From: the human T2T-CHM13v2.0 reference genome, Homo sapiens
Assembly: GCF_009914755.1 (NCBI RefSeq)
Contig: NC_060941.1
DNA length: 64,000 bases
Reading direction: 5' to 3' (one strand)
In this document: one piece after another, positions 13,790 through 32,543 of the stretch
Position numbering within the stretch: position 1 is the first letter of the stretch
How the letters are laid out: every line of letters begins with the position of its first letter
Position numbers and translations under genes: made by a program
Notes under the pieces: model-generated
What the model was told of the DNA's origin: nothing
The model's database searches: none
The model's input: only the letters and a program-made list of their open reading frames with translations

Positions 13790-14145
13790 TATTATTGTCC
13801 CATATGTTCTCTGTACCTCTTTGTGGGAGGATTACACCTCCCTACCATGTTGACATCAAGCTTAGCCATGTAACTGTTTTGCCAAGGAAATGTAGACAGA
13901 AGACACATACATCATTTTCAAGAAGAAGCCTAAAGAGCCGTTTCATGGATCCACCATCAACCATACTTCCTGCTGCCCTAACACCAGCAATGATGTAGAT
14001 AAGGGCTCCTCCTTCAGTCTGGTTCCAGAGGGAAAGGCTAAAGCCAGCCTGCAATGGACATGTGATATAAGCAAGAAATACATCTTTGTTCCTGTAAGCC
14101 ACCGAGTGTTTGGAGTTGTTTGTTATCACAGAACAACTTAGTGTG
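13790..14145 (+). mobile_element. MLT1I/J-like LTR inside a MIR (about 13705-14295)
   Basis: gtaagccaccgagtgtttggagttgtttgttatcacag 3' motif; MIR halves on both sides. Confidence 0.65.
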
Positions 14146-14300
14146 AGCTATTATCATTATCACCATTTAACAAATGAAGGAACCAAGGCAGAGACTGTGC
14201 AGCTTAAAGAATCTCATCCAACCAGGAAGTGGGAGAACTAGGATTCACATCTGGGCAGCCTGGCTTCATAGTCCATGCTCTCAACCACTTGACTAATTGC

Positions 14301-14450
14301 CTCTGAAAGTGTCTGTTGTTTTCCTTCAAAACTCCTTTAGCTGACAGTATCTCCACGCATGCCGTTTTTCTTCATTTCCCATGGAGGTAATTAAGAATAA
14401 CTGGCAGATCATTTGTTTCTCAGTAGGTAGAGGAGACCAGGTAGATGACT
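14301..14450 (-). pseudogene. Exon ([47 protein letters not shown])
   Basis: Acceptor tgttgttttcttacacag; donor AG|GCAATT; 150 nt; two TGA stops. Confidence 0.7.
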
Positions 14451-14471
14451 CTGTGTAAGAAAACAACAGGT

Positions 14472-14767
<296 letters not shown>

Positions 14768-15024
14768 TAATAGGTTACTGAAGGAGCCAGACTCATTGGT
14801 ATGCAAAACCAGAAACAACTTTATTTTTTCCATGTCGCAGTCTTGCAGGAATTAACAAACTATTCATCATTAGAGATTTAAAAACTGAGACCAAGCCTAA
14901 TATCAAAACACTAACTTCCCAACTATTTGAAAGCTGCTCTCCTGCCTCAGGTTTGGAATTTGCAGTAGGAAGGGAGTCACGGCTGGCTTCCTCCTTATTT
15001 CCCTTCCACGCCTCCTCCACTCAC

Positions 15025-15055
15025 CTGGCTACCTCAAGCTCTTGCAAAATGGGGG
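15025..15055 (-). pseudogene. Small exon (PILQELEVA)
   Basis: Acceptor ccccactcccag, consensus donor CAG|GTGAGT, phase 1 to 2. Confidence 0.7.
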
Positions 15056-15239
15056 CTGGGAGTGGGGTGGGGGTAAGAGGCAGGGAAAATTCTCACTTGG
15101 CTTTAGTGCCCTCTGGGTTTGGCAGGAGGTCCCATGTTGCCTCTTTGTGACAAGGGCCTCTATGATGGATCCCCCAGAAAGTCTGTTGGGACACTGCATG
15201 GCACCCCTTTCTGGCCCGGGGAACATACTCTCTGGCTAA

Positions 15240-15535
<296 letters not shown>

Positions 15536-15629
15536 GTGGCTAACCACTTCTGATCTTCCTTTCCTCCACTCCATCTTCCACATCCAACCTCTTTCTCCTG
15601 GCACAAAACCCTCTCAGAGGCAGTCCCTT

Positions 15630-15900
15630 TTTTGTGAAACAGCTCTATTGAGACACAGTTGGCATACAACAAACTGCGCATAATTCAGGTGCACTATTGG
15701 GTAATTTTTGACTTTTGAAGAGACCCATGAACCATAATCAAGATAGAGAACACTTTTGTCACTCTCAAAAGTTTCTTCACGGCCCTTAGTATTTCCTCCC
15801 TCCCGTCTTTCCCCCGTCTTCAGGCAGCACTAATTTGCTTTCTGGCATCATTGATTTGTCTGGTTTCTTACATTCAGCATAATTCCTTTCAGATTCATCA
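15630..15900 (-). mobile_element. Old L1M 3' end
   Basis: aacagctctattgaga...atcaagatagagaaca. Confidence 0.6.
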
Positions 15901-16190
15901 TAGGGTGTGTGTGTGTGGTGGGGGGGCTCTTTTTTCAAGATAACTGAAGCACAGCCACCTTCTACAGGTGCACAGGGCCCACAGGAAAGTCCACTCATCT
16001 GTGACCTGCCACTCAATGCAAGTGCAGCATGTTCTGGGCAGCTGCTCTGAGCTGCTTCACCTTTATTTCCCAGGCCTAGCAGGCTCCAGGGTGAGGCCTC
16101 CCAGGGCACACAGGCCAGGCTCTCTAAGCCCTTGAAGGTATGTTTCTCTGTCTTGAGGATGGAAAGGGAATCCCCTACTGCCCTGTGTAC

Positions 16191-16400
16191 CCCATCCCAG
16201 TACTTGGGGGAATCGTTCCCTTTCTGATCTCTGAGTGAAGTTCTTAGCAGCGCCTATATAGCCTCCAGAGGCTGATACTCAAGAGTCCCCACGCTGGCTT
16301 TTTTGGATCATTCTTAAGCGAACTCTGCATAGATGATTTACAGCTGTTCTTTAGACCATGTGGGCATCTAACATTTTATGTTCTCAGCTTGGGACCTCAT
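16191..16400 (-). pseudogene. Exon, 210 nt symmetric
   Basis: Strong acceptor ttttcctgttgtctccatttcag, weak donor GG|GTACAC. Confidence 0.6.
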
Positions 16401-16477
16401 CTGAAATGGAGACAACAGGAAAATTTGGATGTTAACATCCTGTGATGATAACTTGGAGGTTAAAGGAGGCCATTACT

Positions 16478-16773
16478 GGCTGGGCATGGTGGCTCACACC
16501 TGTAATCCCAGCACTTTGGGAGGCCAAGGCAGGCGGATCACAACGTCAGGAGTTCAAGACCAGCCTGACCAACATGGTGAAAGCCCGTCTCTACCAAAAA
16601 TAGAAAAATTAGCTGGGCGTGGTGGCGTGCGCCTGTAATCCCAGCTACTCAGGAGGCTGAGGCAGGAGAATCGCTTGAACCCGGGAGGCGGGGGTTGCAG
16701 TGAGATCGCACCCCTGCACTCCAGACTGGGTGACAGAGTGACACTCCATCGATTGAAAAAAAAAAAAAAAAAA
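16478..16773 (+). mobile_element. AluS
   Basis: TSD aaaggaggc. Confidence 0.95.
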
Positions 16774-16822
16774 AGGAGGCTGTTGCTTAGAAATGTCCCT
16801 AACCCAAGTGCCCAGACTTCAC

Positions 16823-16932
16823 CAGCTATGAGGTCACACCGCCATTTGCTGTCAAAGTCACAGTAGCCAAGGGCCCCAGTCCCCTTGAACACACAATTTT
16901 ACCAGGTTCTCCTCCATGAGTCTTCTAGTACA
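16823..16932 (-). pseudogene. Exon ([24 protein letters not shown])
   Basis: Acceptor catttctgctag, donor CTG|GTGAAG, phase 2 to 1. Confidence 0.55.
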
Positions 16933-17237
16933 CTAGCAGAAATGCTCATGAGAGCTACAAATCCACCCAGATCCCCACTCCACCCTCATCAGCTCTGTGA
17001 TTCTGCGTCACTTCCCCACTCTCTTCTCTCCAAGGACCCCTCCTCAGTCTGGAGTCTGACTCCTCTGGCAGTGGCTGCCCTCCCTCCAGTATGGCTTCAC
17101 CCCAAGCATGGGGCACAGACACCCTCCCTCGAGTGTTCCCAGCAAGGCTAGAGCCGACTTTGCCACATAAGGGGACTAAAGAAAAGCCAAGGTGACAGAA
17201 AGGACAGAATGGAGGGTCTTTACAGAGGTCCCTTCCT

Positions 17238-17751
<514 letters not shown>

Positions 17752-17811
17752 CCTCTTCTGGGTGTCTCTCTGTAGTCTCTGACATGTCCTCTGTTGCAGA
17801 ATCCAACTTAT

Positions 17812-18055
17812 TTCCCATAACAAGGGAGTCCTGGAGAAACCCTCCCTCCTGTCTTTTCAACCCGCAAAGCTCCAAGAACAGGGAGCAGGTTTCCCCTCCA
17901 AGAGTCCAAGGCTCCTTCCAAGTCCCTAATTCTGGCCCCAGGATGACTGATCATGAAATAGTCATTCCTTTCAGGGGAACCCCCAGCCCAAGAATGTGGT
18001 CTTGTCCTTTGCCTCCTAATGGCATGAGAACAATACTCTGGGATCAGCACATTTC
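17812..18055 (-). pseudogene. Exon (NVLIPEYCS...GLPCYG), 80 open codons
   Basis: Open in the phase-predicted frame; ends at ATAAGT, a probable GTAAGT donor mutant. Confidence 0.55.
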
Positions 18056-18081
18056 CTGAAGTCTATCTTGCATTGTTGTTC

Positions 18082-19160
18082 TTTTTTATTTTATTGTAAA
18101 TTGACAATTTATAATTGTATATATTTATGGAGCACAAGGTGATGCTATGATTTATGAATATAACACAGATGAATTAAATCAAGCTAATTAAATGCTTTTC
18201 ATTTTTGTGATGAGAATATTTGAAATGTACTCTCTTAGCAATTTTGAAATATACAATACACTATTATTATCTATATTCACCATGCTGCGCAATAGATCTC
18301 AAAAAAAAAGTATTCCTTCTAAGATTTTTGTACCCTTTCACCATCTTCTCTCCATTTCTCCCATCCCCAGCCTCTGTAACCAACATTCTACTCTCTGCTT
18401 CTACAAGTTCCATTGTCTTAGAGTCTACATGTAAGCGAGAACATGTGGTATTTGTCTTTCAGTGCCTGGCTTATCTCGCTTAGTAGGATGTTCTTTACTT
18501 TGTTCTCTGTTGTCACAAATGACAGAATTTCCTTCTTTTTAAAGACTGAATAACATTCCATTGTGTCTATATACATTTTCTTTATTCATTCATCTGTTGA
18601 TGGACACTTATGTTGATGCTGTAATTTGGCTGCTGTGAGGCCCTAGGGCACAGTGATAACAAGGGAGTGCAGACATCTCTTTGAGAAATTGATTTCAAAT
18701 CTTTTGGGTAAATAGCCAGAAGTTGGATTGCTGTATCATATGGTTATTCTACGTCATATGCTTATTCCATTTTTAGTTTTTCTTTTTCTTTTTTTTTTTT
18801 TTGAGACAGTTTCGCTCTTGTTACCCAGGCTGGAGTGCAATGGTGCGATCTTGGCTCACCACAACCTCTGCCTCTGGGTTCAAGTGATTCTCCTGCCTCA
18901 GGCTCCCAAGTATCTGGGATTACAGGCACGCACCACCATGCCTGGCTAATTTTGTATTTTTAGTAGAGATGGGGTTTCATCATGTTGGTCAGGCTGGTCT
19001 CAAACTCCTGGCCTCAGGTGATCCACCCGCCTCGGCCTCCCAAAGTGCTGGGATTACAGGCGTGAGCCACCGTGCTCGGCCTCGGCCTATTTTTAGTTTT
19101 TCGAGAAACTGCCATACAGTTTTCCATAATAGCGGTGCTGCTTTACATTTCCGCATTCCC
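18082..19160 (-). mobile_element. L1MA-type 3' end split by AluS (18776-19081)
   Basis: ttataattgtatatatttatgg...tcattcatctgttgatggacactt. Confidence 0.8.
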
Positions 19161-19263
19161 TTTCCCCACTTGCACAGTTGTTCTTGAATAACCGGGCCTG
19201 GGGAAACGTCAGTGGGTGAGTCAGGTTGCTTTAGGCTGTCATCATCCTACTGCCTTAGGGGAC

Positions 19264-19357
19264 CTCTGTCAGTCTGGGGGCAGAGATTTGACTCTAGCAG
19301 TTTTTCCTGCATCTTCCGCTCTCTGCTCCCAGTCTTGGACAAGACTGCATTACACAT
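19264..19357 (-). pseudogene. Exon (MCNAVLSKT...EKLLESNLCPQTDR), open
   Basis: Weak splice sites but phase 0 to 1 fits both neighbours. Confidence 0.45.
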
Positions 19358-19693
19358 CTCCCCAGAAGAAACAATACTTTTAGAAATAGGGCCGTCCTAC
19401 AGCTCTGCCCTCAGGAAAGATAATCATTTCTGTTATTAGGCAGAACACAGCAGTCCCCATTCCACAACTGGATGTTGACTTTATCTTTACAGAATCAAAG
19501 GCCCATTAAAGTATTTTCCCTAAATCAACACTGCAAGTTGCCCACAGGCTAAAACCCCCACCTATGCCTAAACATAAGGACTGCTGTGCATTTAATATAT
19601 CAGTTTTTCCTGCACAGAATCATCAAACTTTCGTAAAATCCAGGGCTTCAGTCTTAGCCAAGATCTCACCAGCTCCCCCACTGCCATACATAC

Positions 19694-19839
19694 CACTGGG
19701 GATTCATCCAATGAATAGACTGGAAATCTTTGTATGAATGCCTTGCTAGATTTTTTGGTTCAAAACACAGTGATGCTTCCATTGGACAGCTCTGGTGGCG
19801 CTGAATGCAATGAGCTTTCCGGATAACTGAAGCTTATCT
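19694..19839 (-). pseudogene. Exon (ISFSYPES...AFIQRFPVYSLDESPV)
   Basis: Acceptor gggttttgtag, donor GTG|GTATGT, phase 1 to 0, one TGA. Confidence 0.65.
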
Positions 19840-20058
19840 CTACAAAACCCAACACTTTATTTTATCCATTTTGATTGGAATCTGTCAAAACTGTCACAGC
19901 ACAGATCTATGCCTGCTCTTTTTTTGAGTTTTTCTGTCTCCTTTGTCTTCAGGCTACCATATGGGTTGACACTGTGCTAACTGTGTCTACTTCTAGCAGC
20001 CCCTCCCTATTTTTTATTCGCAGTGGAGAAGGATGTGTTAAAAAAAAAAAAAGAGTAA

Positions 20059-20418
<360 letters not shown>

Positions 20419-20490
20419 GCTCTTGTCTTTAGAGCAGGACATTGTGAAGGTTATTCGAGGGGCTTAAAAGGTTTTGTTTTGGTTCATGGC

Positions 20491-20699
20491 CTAATTTTAG
20501 CTTTCCGTCTTTCTGAAAAGTTAAGATTTCTTCCCTTCTGAATAAGTGGGATGTTATTATAATGAAATGCACAAGTTCCTTTAGAACATGCTATGGCAAG
20601 CTATCCAAGTTAGAGCTGTTGCTGAGGGAACCAGGCAAAGCTTGCTTAATGTATAAACCTGGTTATTATATTTAAAATTCAAGCAGCAGCCAGAGATTC
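20491..20699 (-). pseudogene. Exon (NLWLLLEF...PGLY...HVLKELVHFII...KDGKLKL)
   Basis: Acceptor cttccctctcccgatag; degenerate donor AG|GCCATG; 209 nt phase 2 to 1. Confidence 0.6.
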
Positions 20700-20779
20700 C
20701 TATCGGGAGAGGGAAGACTTTACTTTTGAAGAGGAAAAGTACTTAACTCCTAGAGGAAAGCGTCATTCCTGAGGTTTAC

Positions 20780-20830
20780 CCTCATGGTCTGGAGACAAAC
20801 ACGTGGGACTTTTCTTTTTTGTGTGTGTTT
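20780..20830 (-). pseudogene. Exon (NTHKKEKSHVFVSRP*)
   Basis: Acceptor ttttcttccactattag, donor AGG|GTAAAC, 51 nt, followed by an 80-nt intron. Confidence 0.65.
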
Positions 20831-21314
20831 CTAATAGTGGAAGAAAAGGAAAGCCAGGCTAAGCAGAGAAAAGTGGAAGAGGAGACACAGCAGCTCATTC
20901 TTTCCCAGTAGCCGTTAGACTGATTGCGGAGGGGAAGGTCAAAAGAGAAGTTCACAACTATGATACCAGCTCTAGAGGCGAAAGAACAACTGAGAGAGAA
21001 CTATCCAAGAAGTGTTTGGATCCCGAAGCACAAAGGTGAGGAAAGAGCAAAATATGGCTTTCCCTCATAAAAGAAAATACAGCTGACCTCTGAACAACAA
21101 AGTGGCGGGCGTGGGGCGGGGGCGGGGGGGGGGGGGCGGTTTACTCGCGCCGACAACCACGCAGCTGAAAATCCACGTACAATTTTTTTTTTACTCCCCC
21201 AAACTTTACTAATAGCCTTCTGCTGACTGGAAGCCATGCTGATCACATAAACAATTAACACATATTTTGTGTGTTATATGTATTATATGTTGTATTCTTA
21301 CAATAAAGTAACCT

Positions 21315-21612
<298 letters not shown>

Positions 21613-21613
21613 A

Positions 21614-21615
<2 letters not shown>

Positions 21616-21675
<60 letters not shown>
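21616..21675. repeat. (TA)n, about 30 units
   Basis: Direct read. Confidence 0.95.
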
Positions 21676-22226
<551 letters not shown>

Positions 22227-22631
22227 TCATAAGGAAGATAAAATATATTTGCTACTCCTTAAGTGGAAGTAGATCATCATAAGGTTCTTCATCCTCATCA
22301 CCTTCACATTGAGTAGGCTGAGGAGGAAGAGGAAGAGGAGGGGTTGGTCTTGCTATCTCAGAGGTGGAAGAAAATCCACGTATATGGTGGACCTGCACAG
22401 TTCAAATCCGTGTTGTTCAAGAGTCAACTGTAGGTTAAACAATTAAAACGTCGAGGTCAAAGGATGAAGACATTAAGTTATCCTCGTCTCAAGCTAATGT
22501 CTCCTTCCCAGACTTCTCCCTCCCGCCGCCCTCACCCTCACCCACCACCCTGATGCCTGTGGGAGGGGAACCACAATAGGCCAAAGAATCCTAGATTTCA
22601 AAAGATCACCCAGTTTGTCATGGTTATTTAA

Positions 22632-23091
<460 letters not shown>

Positions 23092-23149
23092 GAGAGCAAT
23101 CTTTCCAAAGTTTGCTCCACAAAACACTAGCCCAGGAGATGCTCTATCA

Positions 23150-23678
23150 TCCAGCAATTTCACTTCTGAATCGAAGTGGGGACTGGAACAGATATGTATG
23201 CTCCCCTGTTCACAACATCATGATTCACAATAGCCAAGAGGAAGAAACAACCCTAATCTCCATCAATGGATAAGTGGATAGATAAAATGTAGCATATACA
23301 TATGGTCCTACAATTATTCAGCCTTAATAGGAAGGATATTCTGACACTTGGTGCAACACAGATGAAGCTTGAGAACATTATGCTAAGTGAAATAAGTCCA
23401 ACATAAAAGCACAAATATTACACAATTCTGCTTATATGAGGTAGCTGGAGTAGTCAAATGCATAAAGACAGAAAGTAGAATGGTGCTTGCTAGGAGCCAG
23501 GAGATCAGGGAATGGGGAGTTACTGTTTAATGGATACAGAGTTTCAGTTTGGAAAGATGAAAAAGCTGTGCAGATGGATGATAGTGATGATTGCACATTG
23601 TTACAGCGTGAAGATACTTAATGCCCCCGGAATGGTAAACTTTGTGTTACATATTATTTTACCAGAATTTTTAAAAGG
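23150..23678 (+). mobile_element. L1MB-type 3' end
   Basis: gacagaaagtagaatggtg...gagtttcagtttgg. Confidence 0.8.
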
Positions 23679-23756
23679 AGGACAAAATGAGAAGTGTTTC
23701 ACTAATTAATGGTATCACCAAACAAGCAAGTCTGGGGAGGTCTGATTACATTTTCC

Positions 23757-23757
23757 T

Positions 23758-23784
<27 letters not shown>
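23757..23784. repeat. (CA)n
   Basis: Direct read. Confidence 0.95.
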
Positions 23785-23789
<5 letters not shown>

Positions 23790-24249
23790 CCTGGCAAGTC
23801 ACAGTGCACATTCAATAAAAGACCCAGAGCAGTCCTAAATCAAAGACTATTTAATTCAATTTAATCAAGCATTTCCTCAACAGAACACAGAGCCCTTTTT
23901 ATTTTTGTGGAACATGATTAACAGCCCACATCCATGGTGCGTCCCTTGGGAAATGCTGATAAGGAGCTTCATACTGCTCAAAGCATTTCCTCTGCTAGTA
24001 CCTCACTGAATACTTCCTGCTGGCCAAAAAGACAGTCCCTAACAGTTAGAGCTCCAGAATCTTTATTGACTATTGGACAGTCAGTGAGTTAGTCATTAAT
24101 TGTCTCCATTTTATTGATGAAGAAACTGTGGCCCAGGAAAGTCAAGCCCTAACCCAAGGTACTGCAAAGCTGCTCTGCCAAGATCAGTGGTAGAGCCACA
24201 CCAAAACCCCAGTTTTCTAAACCCTGTCCTGGGCTGTGCCTCCCCAAAC

Positions 24250-24334
24250 CCAGTGCTGATCCCCTGATGCTCCTTCTGGGTGTCCAGGTGTAAGCAAAGC
24301 AAGTTCATAGAAGAGCCTCAGAGCTCTGGGGTTG
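24250..24334 (-). pseudogene. Exon 15 (NPRALRLFYE...)
   Basis: Strong acceptor ccttctgtcccctttggtgttcccag; weak donor GG|GTTTGG. Confidence 0.55.
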
Positions 24335-24929
24335 CTGGGAACACCAAAGGGGACAGAAGGACTCAGGGACCATAGGCCCCCTTAAAGGTTAGTGCTCCAA
24401 GCCCCAGTCTCTCTTTTCTCCTCCTTTCTGCAAAACAGGGCTAGGGAAGCTCAGAGATATCCTGTCACCAACAAGCAATCCCTGACTTTTCCTGATGTAA
24501 GAATGTAATACACCCCTGACATCATAAGACTCGTCCAGGGTGCAGATTAAGATATAGACTCCCAGGCCTGCCTCCTGGAGATTCTGATTGAATACGTCTG
24601 GGGCAGAACTTGGGAATGTTTTAAACAAACATCCCAAGGAATCTTATCTTGGAGGAAGAGTGAGTACCCCTGACCTTCACACTAAAAGGGACCTCAACAG
24701 AATACCTTCTGGCTCAGCTCCTTGCCCCACGGGTAAGACAGCTGAGTCTCCACAGAGCCTGCGTGACTGTCCAAGTTCACATGGCTACTTTTTTCCAAAG
24801 GCTTTAAAAACACAAACAAAAGCCCAATGTTCATTTCCTTGAGGAAAGAGGCAGGTCTAATTTTTAAAATAAGAATTGATTTCTATGCTCCTCTGTCCCA
24901 GCACACCCTACATCATTCCATCCCTCCCT

Positions 24930-25343
24930 GCCCAGCGGAGACCACTTCTCAGGGCTCTCCTGCCCCTGTCCTGTTCATTGCGAGCAGGTCCAACCACTCT
25001 GGAAAATGTCCCGGCCATCTCCCTCACTATAGACCTAACCGACTGCAGTGTTGATCCAACTTGCTTTCTGAGCGTTGATGGAGACCAAATGCTGTTTGGC
25101 TTTTGCCCCGCCCGCCCCATTTCCATCTGAGTAGCAGTCAGACCATCTCAGGCTCGAACTATGCTGCAGGAGGAAGCCGGCAGCCGAGTTCTCCCTTCCC
25201 AAGGAGCTTACCCCCACCCTCCCGGCTGGAGAACCTGCCACCCCAGCCCAACGCATGAGACAGATGACCCAGACAAGGCCGGGCACACACACAGCATTCC
25301 GTCGTCACTTGGCAGGTCCTTGTCAAAGAGCAGATGGAAAAGT
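24930..25343 (-). pseudogene. Exons 13-14 (LFHLLFDKDLPSDDGML...VPGLVWVICLMR...HFPEWLDLL)
   Basis: Acceptor at 25343, donor GG|GTAAGC at 25212, acceptor at 25126; lower boundary uncertain. Confidence 0.6.
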
Positions 25344-25450
25344 CTGAGGACACTCAATTCCCCAAATTCCTTTTCTGAGAGCTCTACCCTGTCTCAGCTC
25401 CAAAAAAATTAGTCTTTTCAGACTAGTTAAAACCCAGCCTCCCTACTTAC

Positions 25451-25563
25451 ATACACATCAATTTTCTTTGCTTTGGGTCCCAGGAAGGGGGCACTGAAGC
25501 GATCCTCTTTTTGTGGCCCCAGAGTTGTCTGCCTGTCTCCCTGCCTGGTGAGGGTTGCTGCTC
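25451..25563 (-). pseudogene. Exon 12 (EQQPSP...DPKQRKLMC), open
   Basis: Acceptor ccttctgattag, donor AT|GTAAGT, phase 0 to 2. Confidence 0.6.
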
Positions 25564-25925
25564 CTAATCAGAAGGTCTTACGGGCCACAGGTTCATCTCA
25601 GGGGGGCCTCAATGCTCCCCGTGGCCCCGGAGTCCTTGCCAGCCACAGGAGCACAGCTTGGAGTCGCAGATCTGACTTCAAACCTTGGCTTTCTGGCTGC
25701 GCGATGGGATTGTTGAATCCTTCTGGACCTGCTTGCGCATTTGTAAAGTGGGGAGAATCTTCTTCCCACCATTCAAATGGGGAGAAAATCATCTACTTTG
25801 CAAGGTTGTCATGATAATTAAACAAGATGCTGTGTGCAAAGCGCTTGGCATACAGCTAAACAAATGCTCAGGAAACAGAGGTGACCATGATTTCCTTGAG
25901 CTCTCCAGACTTCTGTCACCTTCAC

Positions 25926-25960
25926 CTGGCTCCCCTTTGCCACAAAGAAAGCCAGGTAAC
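25926..25960 (-). pseudogene. Exon 11 (GYLAFFVAKGSQ), open
   Basis: Acceptor gtcccatctcag, donor CAG|GTGAAG, phase 1 to 0. Confidence 0.6.
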
Positions 25961-26089
25961 CTGAGATGGGACCCAGATTATGGCCATCATACAGCCTACA
26001 TTAGAGGTCTTAATTTGTGAGTTTTCATGTAAGATATACATGAGGGATATAAGAACACCTGAAATTTGATCTAAGAATGTGTAATTTGA

Positions 26090-26653
<564 letters not shown>

Positions 26654-26762
26654 TGATCTTTATTGCTAAATTGTATCCCGGGAAGGTTGCATCAGTTTAT
26701 ACTTGCATCTCCAATGTAAGAAAGTGCCTGGCCTCCCTGCCCCCTCACCAACAAGGCCTATC

Positions 26763-27429
<667 letters not shown>

Positions 27430-27509
27430 TGATTGGTGAATTTGTGATTAGTGGTGAGGTTGAAGTTTTTTCATATATATTGGACAATTGTATTTCTTCT
27501 TTTGTGATA

Positions 27510-27849
<340 letters not shown>

Positions 27850-28184
27850 TAAGGCTTCTTTATTTTTTGTTAATTTACAATATTAAGATTGTGTTAACTT
27901 ATAATTAATTTATTAATTTATAATTTTATATAAAATATAAATCATTTATATAAATATAAATTCTGTCCTACATGAGGTAAATTTTTTTCTGACTTTTAAC
28001 ATTGACTTTCATGTCTTCTGAAATTTTACATTTTTAGTTGGTCAGAGCAATCTCTTCTTTTGTGATGTCTGCTTTTGATATTATACTAAAGACCTTCACC
28101 CCAAGATTATATAAATATTTACTTATATTTCATTCTAGTATTTTTCTTTTCTTTCATAGATTAGTACTGTTAGTTCATCTAGAA

Positions 28185-28376
28185 CCATGCTGTGCCCTAA
28201 TGGCTATGTAAATTTAAATTTCAAGCAATTAAAATTAAAAAGTGTGGCTCCTCAGTGTACTAGCTCCATTTCAAATGCTCAGTAGCCATTTGTGGCTAGT
28301 GGCTGCCATGTTGAGAAGCACAGGTGTAGAATATCTCCACCTTCACAGAAAATTCTACTTCTACTGGACAGAGCTG
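28185..28376. mobile_element. MER3/MER33-type hAT element
   Basis: Perfect 8-bp TSD atctagaa and tagccatttgtggctagtggct core. Confidence 0.8.
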
Positions 28377-29767
28377 ATCTAGAATTTATTTCGTGAACCA
28401 TGCAGAAGGGCAGGGAATCCAACATTGTTCAAAAGAGTTCATGTAATTGTTTCAATATCATCTTTTGAATAATTCATCACTTTGATCCTGATTTGAGATG
28501 CTACGTTTACTATTCATAAGTCTAGTAATACATACTTGGCTCCATTTCTGTACTTCCTACTCTTTCTTTATCTATCTTCCTAATCCTCACCAGGACCACA
28601 CAGTTTCAACTATGATAATTTTACAACATATTTTAATGTTTAGTAGAGCAAATTTTTTTATTTATTTCTTATTCTTTTTTAAAAAAATCATGGGCAATTC
28701 TCACACTTACGTTTCCAAACTTTAAAATAATTCCGTAGTTAGGAGTTGGAATTGCATCCATACAATAAATCAACTCATGAAGGGCTGTTACTTGTCACCT
28801 GTTTCCCCAACTTCCTGCACTTTCCATCAAACCCTGCACTCTAACTAGACTTAGCCAGTTGCTTTTCCACCAGCACACACCAGGGCACGCTCCTCACTGT
28901 GCCCTCACTCCCCAGGCTGGTCCACTAGGAAATTCCACTTGTCCTGTTAGCTCAAAGCTCCCTTTCTCTGTGAAGCCCTTTCTGATACCTCTGGACAGAG
29001 GTAGGTGCTTCTCCCAATTTCTTTTGTCCATTCCTATGTTGGAACAATTATCTTGTTATTTTACATTTGTTTGTTTACAAGTGTGACTTCTCACTATGAT
29101 AAACAATCTGAGGACAAGTACTGTGTCCTTTCCATTTTGAATTTCCAGAACCTACCAATAGCACTTTGGCTCAACAAAAATGTATTGAATCAAAAAGCAT
29201 AACTCAAGTCACACTGGAAAAGTTAGCTACAACCTTGAATGTAGGTATCTGCAGGCTTTGCCTAGGACAGAGCTGTACTGTGTTCATTTAATCTGGCAGT
29301 GATGTTTTAACTGAATTGGGGTGTGGAGGTGATAGGAAGCCAAGAGACTAGTTAAGAGGCCATCAGACGGGTTCAAGGCAGACAGAGTAAAGGCCTGAAT
29401 AAAGGATGGCTGCTAGGGCTTGGGAAGGAGGAGACATTGTTGAGGGATGACGCAGGGTTAGAATTGTTGGGAGACTGAAGACAGACAGAGCCAAAAATGT
29501 GACCAGGGACCTAACAGCGTCTTTCTGCAATTTATTCTCATGGACTTTTCAATACTTGTAAGTGTTTTTGTGTCATTCACAAACATTACAATTTTACCAT
29601 ATTTACTATGAAATTTTACTATAAAATCAAAATGAATTATTGTAATGTCACCAACGATTGTTCTAGAACTAGCTTAGTCAAGTCACTTAAACTCTTTGTA
29701 ACTGTTTTCTCATCTGTAAAATTGGTATCACACTATTACTTCCCTTAGAGGGCTGTGGTGAGGCTAA

Positions 29768-30108
<341 letters not shown>

Positions 30109-30192
30109 CATTGGCTATTTGAAAGATTATTATTCATACGTTTCCATCCAGAGAAGCACCCATTTATCCTTGCCACTAAGGTAGCTTCCTAC

Positions 30193-30269
30193 CTGTGACA
30201 AAAAACCACCAACCATCCAATGACTCATGGAGCCTTACATGGCACCACTTGTCAAAGACTTTTTGAAGG
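30193..30269 (-). pseudogene. Exon 10 (LQKVFDKWCHVRLHESLDGWWFFVT), open
   Basis: 90-nt upstream intron, donor CAG|GTAGGA, phase 2 to 1. Confidence 0.65.
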
Positions 30270-30359
30270 CTGAAGTCTATTACATGTATATATGCATGCA
30301 ATTGGGCAAAGAAACTGTCTTTCCCCTGTGAAGTTAGGTTTGTTCAAGGATCTCGTTAC

Positions 30360-30484
30360 CTCGCTCTGTTCAGAGGTGTACCTGGTAAAAATTGGTCTCT
30401 GTCTCCTTTGAGAGGCAACGTGGTGCAGCTGAACAAGGATGGAGCTCTTGGAGTTCAGGGTGTAATTAGGGGATGGAGGGCCAT
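30360..30484 (-). pseudogene. Exon 9
   Basis: Acceptor cttctcacttctccatctag, donor GAG|GTAACG. Confidence 0.7.
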
Positions 30485-30567
30485 CTAGATGGAGAAGTGA
30501 GAAGAGGCCACCCCAAAACAGATCCACTCCTGTCCCAGGAGAAGTCCAGAATGCTATTTTCCTACAC

Positions 30568-32480
<1,913 letters not shown>

Positions 32481-32543
32481 CCTGTTTTTTGTGTTTCCTT
32501 TTTCTTTTCTTCTTCTTCTTTTTTAAAATATAATTCAACCCAA

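Noticed and set aside
17900-17960. HPGARIRDL resembling a CR1 ORF1 esterase motif
   Set aside because: Isolated short match inside a phase-compatible pseudogene exon
20838-21035. Plus-strand exon-like segment (tag|TGG...AAG|gtgagg)
   Set aside because: Stops in all three frames, and its purine richness is the complement of a minus-strand polypyrimidine tract; an antisense non-coding exon cannot be excluded
22542-22556. Minus-strand microexon candidate
   Set aside because: Phase does not fit the next exon and such short matches arise by chance
30230-30285. DFSLQKVFDKWCH resembling the CR1/L3 reverse transcriptase motif DFSKAFDKVPH
   Set aside because: No other RT motifs in register; better explained as exon 10 with its acceptor
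30360-30420. RRQRPIFT..SEQ resembling a homeodomain N-terminal arm
   Set aside because: No helix-3 WFxNRR motif follows
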